A stretch of 39,360 bases of DNA from an uncultured bacterium (GTDB lineage Bacteria > Patescibacteriota > Minisyncoccia > Phycocordibacterales > GWA1-40-21). The position numbers and the translations under genes are program-made. The stretch is taken from positions 1 to 39,360 of the forward strand of contig CAIKXE010000007.1 of the NCBI GenBank assembly GCA_903831305.1, read 5' to 3'. Positions 31,860 through 39,360 of the stretch are shown here, piece after piece. Under the pieces are notes generated by a model. It had not been told where the DNA came from. It made no database searches and saw only the letters and a program-made list of their open reading frames with translations. How positions within the stretch are numbered: position 1 is the stretch's first letter; each line of letters begins with the position of its first letter.

Positions 31860-34800
31860 ATGAATAATAAAAATAAAAATGTTGAGTTCAATGATTTTGA
31901 TGCCATCTCGCTGAAGGTGGCCTCCCCAGAGATCATTAAAGGCTGGTCCTACGGTGAAGTCACGAGACCAGAAACTATTAACTATCGTACCCAGCGTTCA
32001 GAAAAGAGCGGTCTCTTTGATGAGAAAATCTTTGGTCCCGATAAGGATTATGAATGTTACTGTGGTAAGTATAAAGGTATTCGTTATAAAGGAATTGTTT
32101 GTGAAAAATGTGGGGTAGAGATTACCCGCTCCATAGTGCGCCGTGAGCGCATGGGTCATATTGAGCTCGCTTCCCCGGTTTCTCATATTTGGTTCTTGCG
32201 TGGTATTCCATCTAAAATCGGAACTATGCTTGGCATGACCACGGCCGATCTGGAAAAAGTGATTTACTTTGCTGGTTATATTATCACTGTCACCCATGAA
32301 GCCGAGCGCGAGAGAATCCTCCATGATATTGATAATGAATTCAAGCAAAAAGTCAAAACCGTCCAAGATGAAAAGACTAAGGAGGCTTTGAAGGAACTTT
32401 TGCTCAATGCTAAGAAAGAAGTAGAAAGCATCCGTGAAGGCGTGGTGATTGATGAAGTCCTCTATCACAAGTATTCCATGAAATATGGTTCCTTGTTTGA
32501 GGCATCCATCGGCGCCGAGGCCATATATGATATTTTGAAAAATATTGATTTAGCAGATTTGGAGAAGAAGCTCGAGGTTGAATTAGAAAAAGTGAGTTCT
32601 TTGGAGAGAGAAAAACTAAACAAAAGAATCTCATTAGTTCGTTCTATGAAAGAGGCCGAAGTTAAACCCGAGTGGATGTTTCTTACTCGCGTGCCAGTGA
32701 TACCTCCAGCTTTGCGACCAATGGTGCCATTAGATGGAGGTCGCTATGCTACGTCCGATGTGAATGATCTGTACCGCCGAGTGATAAATAGAAATAATCG
32801 TCTGTTAAAGCTCAAGGAGATCAATGCCCCAGAAGTTATTTTGCGAAACGAAAAAAGAATTTTGCAAGAAGCCGTGGACTCCCTGATTGATAACTCTATC
32901 CGCAGTGGCAATGATACTTTTTCCGCGGTGGGAAATTCTCAGAAGCGCGCCTTAAAATCGCTGGCTGATAACTTGAAGGGTAAGCGCGGTCTCTTCCGTG
33001 CCAACCTCCTGGGAAAGCGCGTGGACTACTCTGGCCGTTCCGTGATTGTGGTGGGTCCAGAACTCAAACTGAACCAGTGTGGTTTGCCTAAGGCTATGGC
33101 CTTGGAGCTCTTCCGACCGTTTATTATTTCTGAACTTTTGAAAAAGGAATTAGCCTTTAATATCCGGGGGGCCGGCCGTTTGATTGATGACGGTATTCCT
33201 GAGGTATGGGCGATTCTTGAAGAAATTATTGAGAACAAATACGTGCTCCTAAACCGCGCACCGACTTTGCACCGCCTAGGTATTCAGGCTTTCAAGCCAG
33301 TGCTCATTGAGGGGAGTGCTATTCAGGTGCACCCACTCGTTTGTACGGCCTTTAACGCGGACTTTGATGGAGACCAGATGGCTGTCCACGTACCACTTGG
33401 TGAGGAAGCACAGATTGAGGCCCATGAAATAATGGCTGCTGACAAAAATATTCTAAAGCCTGGTAACGCCGAGCTCACCGTTTCCGCCAAACTTTTGGAT
33501 ATTGTGCTTGGTTGTTATTGGATGACTAAGGAAGTAAAAGGCGAGCCGGGTGAAGGAAAATATTTCTCCTCTCCAAACAGCGCTATTACTACTTTTGATT
33601 TTGGTGGTATTTCTATCCGTGCTAAAATCCACGTACTTGGAACTGATAAGCCTAAATACCATCATCTAGAGGGTAAAGCTTTTGAGACCACAGTTGGTCG
33701 GTTACTTTTTAACTCTACTTTGCCTGCGGACTATCCGTTTGTAAATAAGGAAATTACCAAGAAAACTATGTCTGCTATCCTAGATGATTTGATCAGCAAA
33801 TATGGTATTGCTAATATTCCGACTGTGCTGGATAAGATCAAGGCCTTTGGATTCAAATATGCTACTTATTCTGGTGTGACTTGGGGTATTGATGACCTGC
33901 AGATTCCATCAGAAAAGCCACAAGTGATTGCTGAGGCTAAGAGAAAATCCTTGGAGGTTCTAAACTTCTTTAATGAAGGACTTTTGACAGACGAGGAAAA
34001 ACTTCGCAAGAATATTGAGATCTGGCACGGTGCCAAGAATGAGTTGGAAAAACTTATTCCTAAGACTCTAGATCCCAATGGTTCTGTCTCTGATATGTGG
34101 GTCTCTGGTGCCCGAGGGTCCTTGGGGGCTATTACCCAGATGGCTGGTATGAAAGGTTTGATTCAGAATACCGCCGGTGAGACTATTGAGTTCCCGGTTA
34201 TCGGTTCTATGAAAGAAGGTCTGACTCCGATTGAATACTTTATTACCACTCACGGTTCACGTAAGGGTTTGACGGATACCGCGTTGAACACTGCCAAGGC
34301 TGGATACTTGACCCGACGTCTCTTTGATGTGGCTCAAGATATTGTCATTACGGAGGAGGATTGTAAAACTAAGGAAAGTATCTGTATTAAAAACGCTGGT
34401 GAGTTTGAGTCTGGTGTTTCTGTTTCCAAACATATTCGCGGTAGAATCCTTGCCTCCGACGTGTTAAATAAGGAGGGGGTAGTGATGTTTAAGAAAGGAC
34501 ATTTGTTAAAGAAAGATGAAGCTCTGAAAGTAGAGGCTGAGAGCGTGGGTGAAGTCTTTGTTCGCTCACCTTTGACCTGTAAAACTGTTCACGGTGTATG
34601 TGCAGAGTGTTATGGATCAGATCTCGGACGTGGTGAACTAGTGGGTCTAGGTGAAGCCGTGGGAACGGTGGCGGCTCAAGCTATCGGTGAACCGGGTACT
34701 CAGCTCACCATGCGTACTTTCCACTCTGGAGGTACAGCTTCTGTGGGTGGAGATATTACTCAAGGTTTGCCTCGCGTGGAAGAAGTCTTTGAAAAGAGAA

Positions 34801-35537
34801 AGCCAAAGAGTCCAGCCGTGGTAAACAAAGTTGACGGCGTGGTCACTGGTGTCAAAGATATGGGTAAGGAAAAAATCATTACTGTTCTTCCAGAGATTGA
34901 TGATAAGGCTAAAGGTAAAAAAGCGTCCGAGGTGGAATATGAATTTAGCTTCAAGAGAATTCCTTTGGTCAAGACTGGTGATAAGGTGAAGAAGGGTCAA
35001 TTATTGACTGATGGTTCGGCTGATATTGATGAGCTCTTCAAATATGGTGGCAAGGAGAAAACCATGAGCTATGTGATCACTGAAGTAAACAAGCTTTACG
35101 AATTACAAGGTGAAGCGGTATCCCGAAAGCATATTGAAATCATTGTGAAGCAGATGTTCTCCCGTATGAAAGTAAAAGATGTGGGTGATACTACGGTGTC
35201 AGAAGGTGACGTGATTGATGAATTAGATTATCGTTTGGAAAATGAAGAGGCCGAGGCCAAGAATGGTAAGGCGATGCGTGCGGAGGCGGTGGTGATGGGT
35301 ATCACTGAAGCATCTCTTGCTCGTCGTTCCTTCTTGTCAGCCGCTTCCTTCCAACACACTAACCGTGTCTTGATCAATAATGCTGTCCGTGGTTCTGTGG
35401 ATCGCCTCGTTGGTCTTAAGGAAAATGTCATTATCGGTAGACTGATCCCAGCTGGTACTGGTCATCCAGATTCTCCTAAGTTTAAAATGGTGAAGGACTT
35501 TATGGCAGAGCTTAACGCTGAAAGAGGGGAGGAATAA
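31860..35537 (+). CDS. rpoC: DNA-directed RNA polymerase subunit beta'
   Basis: 1225 aa. Zinc motif CYCGKY..CEKCGVE, catalytic [14 protein letters not shown], and a trigger loop/bridge helix region. Confidence 0.97.
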   Translation: MNNKNKNVEFNDFDAISLKVASPEIIKGWSYGEVTRPETINYRTQRSEKSGLFDEKIFGPDKDYECYCGKYKGIRYKGIVCEKCGVEITRSIVRRERMGHIELASPVSHIWFLRGIPSKIGTMLGMTTADLEKVIYFAGYIITVTHEAERERILHDIDNEFKQKVKTVQDEKTKEALKELLLNAKKEVESIREGVVIDEVLYHKYSMKYGSLFEASIGAEAIYDILKNIDLADLEKKLEVELEKVSSLEREKLNKRISLVRSMKEAEVKPEWMFLTRVPVIPPALRPMVPLDGGRYATSDVNDLYRRVINRNNRLLKLKEINAPEVILRNEKRILQEAVDSLIDNSIRSGNDTFSAVGNSQKRALKSLADNLKGKRGLFRANLLGKRVDYSGRSVIVVGPELKLNQCGLPKAMALELFRPFIISELLKKELAFNIRGAGRLIDDGIPEVWAILEEIIENKYVLLNRAPTLHRLGIQAFKPVLIEGSAIQVHPLVCTAFNADFDGDQMAVHVPLGEEAQIEAHEIMAADKNILKPGNAELTVSAKLLDIVLGCYWMTKEVKGEPGEGKYFSSPNSAITTFDFGGISIRAKIHVLGTDKPKYHHLEGKAFETTVGRLLFNSTLPADYPFVNKEITKKTMSAILDDLISKYGIANIPTVLDKIKAFGFKYATYSGVTWGIDDLQIPSEKPQVIAEAKRKSLEVLNFFNEGLLTDEEKLRKNIEIWHGAKNELEKLIPKTLDPNGSVSDMWVSGARGSLGAITQMAGMKGLIQNTAGETIEFPVIGSMKEGLTPIEYFITTHGSRKGLTDTALNTAKAGYLTRRLFDVAQDIVITEEDCKTKESICIKNAGEFESGVSVSKHIRGRILASDVLNKEGVVMFKKGHLLKKDEALKVEAESVGEVFVRSPLTCKTVHGVCAECYGSDLGRGELVGLGEAVGTVAAQAIGEPGTQLTMRTFHSGGTASVGGDITQGLPRVEEVFEKRKPKSPAVVNKVDGVVTGVKDMGKEKIITVLPEIDDKAKGKKASEVEYEFSFKRIPLVKTGDKVKKGQLLTDGSADIDELFKYGGKEKTMSYVITEVNKLYELQGEAVSRKHIEIIVKQMFSRMKVKDVGDTTVSEGDVIDELDYRLENEEAEAKNGKAMRAEAVVMGITEASLARRSFLSAASFQHTNRVLINNAVRGSVDRLVGLKENVIIGRLIPAGTGHPDSPKFKMVKDFMAELNAERGEE

Positions 35538-35575
35538 AATTATTTAGTCGGGCATTAAAACTAAAAGCATAATTA

Positions 35576-37246
35576 ATGTCTACCCCAGTTGAAAAAATAA
35601 AAGAAAGATTAAACATTGTGGATCTTTTGGGTACCTACTTGAAGCTCGAGAAGGCCGGGAAGAATATGAAAGCACGGTGCCCATTTCACAATGAGAAAAC
35701 CCCTAGCTTTTTTGTCTCGCCAGACCGTGATTCCTATTATTGTTTTGGTTGTGGCAAGAAAGGAGATATCTTTACCTTTGTGCAAGAATTTGAAGGAGTG
35801 GATTTCTTTGGGGCGCTGAAAATGCTCGCCGAGCGCACCGGGGTGGTTCTTGAACGCGGGAACTTTGATAAGAAGGATGATAAGGAAGCAATATTTAATG
35901 CCCTAGAGGCCGCCACTCAATTCTTTGAATCAAATCTACCTAAATCAAGTAGTGCGCAAAAATATCTGGAAAAAAGGGGACTGACTGAGAAGACCATCAA
36001 GGACTGGCGCATTGGCTTTGTTTCCGATGATTGGCGAACACTCTATGATTATCTGAGTGCTAGAAAGTTTACCGATAGTGAGATAGAACAAGCCGGACTT
36101 ATTAAGAGAAATGAAACCAGGCAGGATAGTTTTTATGATCGTTTCCGTGGCCGGATTATGTTTCCGATCCGGGACTCCGTCGGCCGAGTGGTGGGTTTTT
36201 CTGGGCGGATTTTGCCAGAAAATGATGATGGTAAGTCAGCTAAATATTTAAACTCTCCAGAAACCGCGGTCTTTAATAAATCCCGCTTGCTTTATGGTTT
36301 TGATCTGGCCAAATTAGCGATTAAGAAGTTTGATTATGCGGTGATTGTGGAGGGGCAGATGGATATTATCATGTGTCATCAAGCTGGATTTCAAAATGTG
36401 GTGGCGACTTCTGGTACGGCTCTGACCCCGGAGCACCTCACTCTTTTACGCCGAATATCAAACCGGGTGATTATGGCTTTTGATGCCGATAAAGCCGGTT
36501 TTAATGCCGCCACCAAGGCCTGGCAGTTAGCCTTGTCACTTGGTATGGAGGTGAAGATTGCGGAATTTAAGGAAGGTAAGGATCCAGCCGAGGTGATCCT
36601 GGGGACGGAGGGTAAAGAAAAATTTAAGGAAGCGCTTAAAGAGTCCATGCATATTATTGATTTTTATTTATCCAAGATTTTGTCAGAAGGGCTAGATGAG
36701 AGAAAGTTGGGTAAAGAAATTCAGGAAAAGTTATTACCATTTCTGGCTTTGATAGAAAGTAGTATTGAAAAGTCCCATTGGGTAAAAAAGATTGCGGACA
36801 AGTGCCATATCAGTGAAGTGGCTATCTGGGAAGATTTAAAAAAAGTGAAAGTAGAAGCTAGCCCAACCGGGGCGGAGACCAAGAGTCCCGCTTTTCGGGA
36901 GACGGCGACCGTGGGCAAGATTGACTCCATTGAAAAAAGGATTTTAGGAATAATAAATTGGCAAGAAAAGGATTCAGAAAAGATTATTGATATTAAAATG
37001 ACTAAAGAAAGGGTTAAAGAGATAATCGGAGAGGAAGATTTTAAGAAGTGGCAGAGAGTGACGGAGCAAGTTTTAAATGAAGCCACCTTTGAGGCCGAGC
37101 AGTATTATGAGAAGAAAAAGTTACAAGGGGTGCTAGATGAGCTTCTCATGGAGCTCGAAAAGGAGTATATTACTAAGGAGCTTGCGAAGGCCAAGACGCC
37201 TCAAGAGCAAAATGATTTGATTAAAAGATTAGCTAAACTTAAATAA
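35576..37246 (+). CDS. dnaG: DNA primase
   Basis: Zinc finger [33 protein letters not shown] polymerase core, and TOPRIM ([18 protein letters not shown]). Confidence 0.95.
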   Translation: MSTPVEKIKERLNIVDLLGTYLKLEKAGKNMKARCPFHNEKTPSFFVSPDRDSYYCFGCGKKGDIFTFVQEFEGVDFFGALKMLAERTGVVLERGNFDKKDDKEAIFNALEAATQFFESNLPKSSSAQKYLEKRGLTEKTIKDWRIGFVSDDWRTLYDYLSARKFTDSEIEQAGLIKRNETRQDSFYDRFRGRIMFPIRDSVGRVVGFSGRILPENDDGKSAKYLNSPETAVFNKSRLLYGFDLAKLAIKKFDYAVIVEGQMDIIMCHQAGFQNVVATSGTALTPEHLTLLRRISNRVIMAFDADKAGFNAATKAWQLALSLGMEVKIAEFKEGKDPAEVILGTEGKEKFKEALKESMHIIDFYLSKILSEGLDERKLGKEIQEKLLPFLALIESSIEKSHWVKKIADKCHISEVAIWEDLKKVKVEASPTGAETKSPAFRETATVGKIDSIEKRILGIINWQEKDSEKIIDIKMTKERVKEIIGEEDFKKWQRVTEQVLNEATFEAEQYYEKKKLQGVLDELLMELEKEYITKELAKAKTPQEQNDLIKRLAKLK

Positions 37247-37247
37247 T

Positions 37248-38462
37248 ATGGCCAAAAAAACAAATAAAAAAGCAGTGAAAAAAGCCAAAAAAATAGTAAA
37301 GAAGGTAATTAAAAAGGCTGTTAAAAAAGTGTCTGCTAAAAAATCTAAAACTAAATCTCGATCCAGAAATAGTAGTGATAAGAAGAAGGAGTTTGAGCTA
37401 AAGACTCTGAAGCTTTTAAATAAAGGGCGTGAACGCGGTTTCGTCACCTATGATGAGATTCTGAAGGAATTCCCTAATATTGAGATGGATGTGCTGTTTT
37501 TGGATGAGCTTTATAATCGGCTTTCTACCACGGGGGTGGATGTGCTTGAGGGTGGCGGAATGCTCAATATTGAAAAGGAAGAAGAATTGATAAAGAAGTA
37601 TGCTTATGGTGGACGCGGTGGGGATTCCTCATATGATTCTATCCAAATGTATTTGAAGGAGATCGGTCAGTATCCACTTATTTCCGCTAGCTCAGAAAAG
37701 GATTTGGCCCGTAAAATTCAACTAGGTGATGAGGAGGCCAAGAATTTGCTCGCCCGGGCTAACTTGCGTCTGGTGGTGTCCATTGCTAAAAAATATGTTG
37801 GCCGTAGTGCAGACTTGACCCTACTGGATTTGATCCAAGAAGGAAACCTGGGTTTGTTTAAAGCGGTGGAAAAATTTGACTGGACCAAGGGTTATAAATT
37901 TTCTACCTATGCTACCTGGTGGATCAGACAAGCTATTACCCGCGCCTTAGCGGATCAGAGCCGAACCATCCGTGTACCCGTGCATATGGTGGAGACGATT
38001 GCTAAATACAAGCAGTGCGTGCGCCGGTTGTCACAGGATTTGGGTCGTGAACCATTACCAGAGGAGATCGCTACCGAGATGGGGATTGAAATTGAAAAAG
38101 TATTTAATATTGAAAAGATTGATCAGGATACCGTGTCTCTAGAAACCCCGGTGGGTGATGATGGCGATGATGGCAAGAGCACCTTGGGTGACTTTGTGGC
38201 GGATGATAAAATCCTCTCACCAGATCAGGAGTCTTCACGCCGAATATTAAGTGATCAGGTGAAAGAGATCCTAGATGATTTGTCACTGAAAGAAAGAAAA
38301 ATTCTAGAAATGCGTCATGGATTGACAGATGGTGTCACTCACACCTTGGAAGAGGTGGGTAAAGAGTTTGGAGTTACTCGTGAGCGTATTCGTCAGATTG
38401 AGGCCAAGGCCCATGAGAAAATCCGCGTGCATCTAAAAATCAATCGTCTGCAAAATTACTAA
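37248..38462 (+). CDS. rpoD: RNA polymerase sigma factor RpoD with Lys-rich N-terminal extension
   Basis: Region 2 ([40 protein letters not shown]), region 3, and region 4.2 ([23 protein letters not shown]). The N-terminal ~45 aa are a K/A/V low-complexity stretch. Confidence 0.95.
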   Translation: MAKKTNKKAVKKAKKIVKKVIKKAVKKVSAKKSKTKSRSRNSSDKKKEFELKTLKLLNKGRERGFVTYDEILKEFPNIEMDVLFLDELYNRLSTTGVDVLEGGGMLNIEKEEELIKKYAYGGRGGDSSYDSIQMYLKEIGQYPLISASSEKDLARKIQLGDEEAKNLLARANLRLVVSIAKKYVGRSADLTLLDLIQEGNLGLFKAVEKFDWTKGYKFSTYATWWIRQAITRALADQSRTIRVPVHMVETIAKYKQCVRRLSQDLGREPLPEEIATEMGIEIEKVFNIEKIDQDTVSLETPVGDDGDDGKSTLGDFVADDKILSPDQESSRRILSDQVKEILDDLSLKERKILEMRHGLTDGVTHTLEEVGKEFGVTRERIRQIEAKAHEKIRVHLKINRLQNY

Positions 38463-38479
38463 ATTAATAATTAATTCAC

Positions 38480-39360
38480 ATGTCTAGAGAAATTGTTATA
38501 AAAAATCCCAAGGAGGCCGAACTGATTGCCAGTTTGGAAAAGAGAATGGACATCAAAGCGGAGAGAATCAAACGCTTATTAAAGCTCCCTGATCTGACGA
38601 AGAAAGCTAATTCTCCGGTCAAATTTTTATTTGATGAAATATTAAATGTTCCTAGGCTTAAGAATTTTGATATTGTGGATTTTCCTAAAATTGTTACCGT
38701 GGCGGAGAACTTTGACCTCTTAAACGCCCCCAAGGATCACCCTAGTCGCCGAGAAACAGACACTTATTATTTAGATGAAAATTATATTTTACGCACGCAG
38801 ATGACTGTGATGTGGTCATACTATTTGAAGGATAAAGAAGTGCTGGCGAGACTAGAAAAAGATGGTGAAGTAATGGCGTTGTCAAAAGGAATTGTTTTTC
38901 GTAAAGATGAAATAGACCGTCACCATTTTCCTGCTTTTCATCAAATTGATGGTCTATATCTTTGTAAAAAGTCTAAGAAAATTATTACCTTGGAGGACTT
39001 GGAAGCTGTGCAGATAGATATGGCTAAAAGTGTTTTGGGTGATAAGATCGAATATAAATTCCTGGTGGACTCGTTTCCTTTTACTACCCCGTCTGTTGAA
39101 ATGGATGTGATGTTTAACGGTGACTGGATGGAGGTCAATGGTGCTGGTCTGGTGCACCCACAAGTGCTTAAAAACTTTGGTTTGGATCCAGAAGTCTACA
39201 ATGGTTGGGCCTTTGGCTTTGGTGATAGACTTGCCATGATTAAGATGGAGATACCAGATATCCGTATCTTGTGGTCTGATGATCCGCGTATCACCAGTCA
39301 GTTTAAGGATATTAATTGTAAGTATAAAGATGTTAGTAAGTATCCGGAAACTACCAGAGA
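38480..39360 (+). CDS. pheS: Phenylalanine--tRNA ligase, alpha-type catalytic core; 3' end runs off the window; mitochondrial-like single-chain type suspected
   Basis: Not in the ORF track because there is no stop before the window end. Manual translation from ATG 38480 gives ..FDLLNAPKDHPSRRETDTYY.., ..FRKDEIDRHHFPAFHQIDG.., ..FPFTTPSVEMDVMF.. and ..GWAFGFGDRLAMIKMEIPDIRILW.., then continues ..KDVSKYPETTR. Confidence 0.85.
   Translation, partial: MSREIVIKNPKEAELIASLEKRMDIKAERIKRLLKLPDLTKKANSPVKFLFDEILNVPRLKNFDIVDFPKIVTVAENFDLLNAPKDHPSRRETDTYYLDENYILRTQMTVMWSYYLKDKEVLARLEKDGEVMALSKGIVFRKDEIDRHHFPAFHQIDGLYLCKKSKKIITLEDLEAVQIDMAKSVLGDKIEYKFLVDSFPFTTPSVEMDVMFNGDWMEVNGAGLVHPQVLKNFGLDPEVYNGWAFGFGDRLAMIKMEIPDIRILWSDDPRITSQFKDINCKYKDVSKYPETTR

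Noticed and set aside
29403-35431. Numerous 60-156-aa minus-strand ORFs inside rpoB and rpoC (e.g. 31998-32468)
   Set aside because: They are antisense shadows of long, highly conserved genes, with no independent signals.
37229-37447. 72-aa minus-strand ORF rich in Phe/Leu
   Set aside because: It is the reverse complement of the AAA/AAG-rich Lys tract at the rpoD 5' end, so it is a compositional artefact.
38476-38733. 85-aa minus-strand ORF listed in the track
   Set aside because: It is antisense to the 5' end of the clearly conserved pheS-type gene, which the track omits because that gene runs off the window.

Overview
AT-rich (roughly 40% GC by eye), tightly packed bacterial chromosome segment. 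Housekeeping content: metK, a partial dcw cluster (mraZ-rsmH-ftsL-ftsI-murF), rmuC, holB, frr, rseP, proS, mreBCD, uvrA, uvrC, ddl, csp, rpoB-rpoC-dnaG-rpoD and a 3'-truncated pheS. Many of these proteins are unusually compact (329-aa MetK, 407-aa UvrC, 418-aa ProRS, 87-aa MreD), which suggests a reduced-genome lineage such as Patescibacteria/CPR; that placement is inference only. Accessory content: (1) A complete diversity-generating retroelement (DGR) at 30-2744: target gene with C-terminal VR, TR, an antisense-encoded Avd and a DGR-type reverse transcriptase. VR and TR differ at 15 positions, all of them adenines in TR. (2) A translationally coupled small-protein plus retropepsin-like protease pair right after the DGR. 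(3) A 2.6-kb islet (11.7-14.3 kb) anchored on tRNA-Glu(CUC). The tRNA 3' end and a 196-nt unit are repeated, separating cargo modules: a stand-alone GIY-YIG gene and GC-rich mini-genes that mostly carry their own promoter and terminator. No integrase is visible. (4) Three more GC-rich mini-gene islets sit between core genes (21.9, 25.0 and 26.7 kb) and encode predicted small membrane proteins. Regulatory elements: SAM-I riboswitch before metK, GTGGG (MraZ-box-like) repeats at the mraZ promoter, and a 93-nt structured leader before frr. The final gene looks like a mitochondrial-type single-chain PheRS. No CRISPR array, rRNA or transposase was seen.
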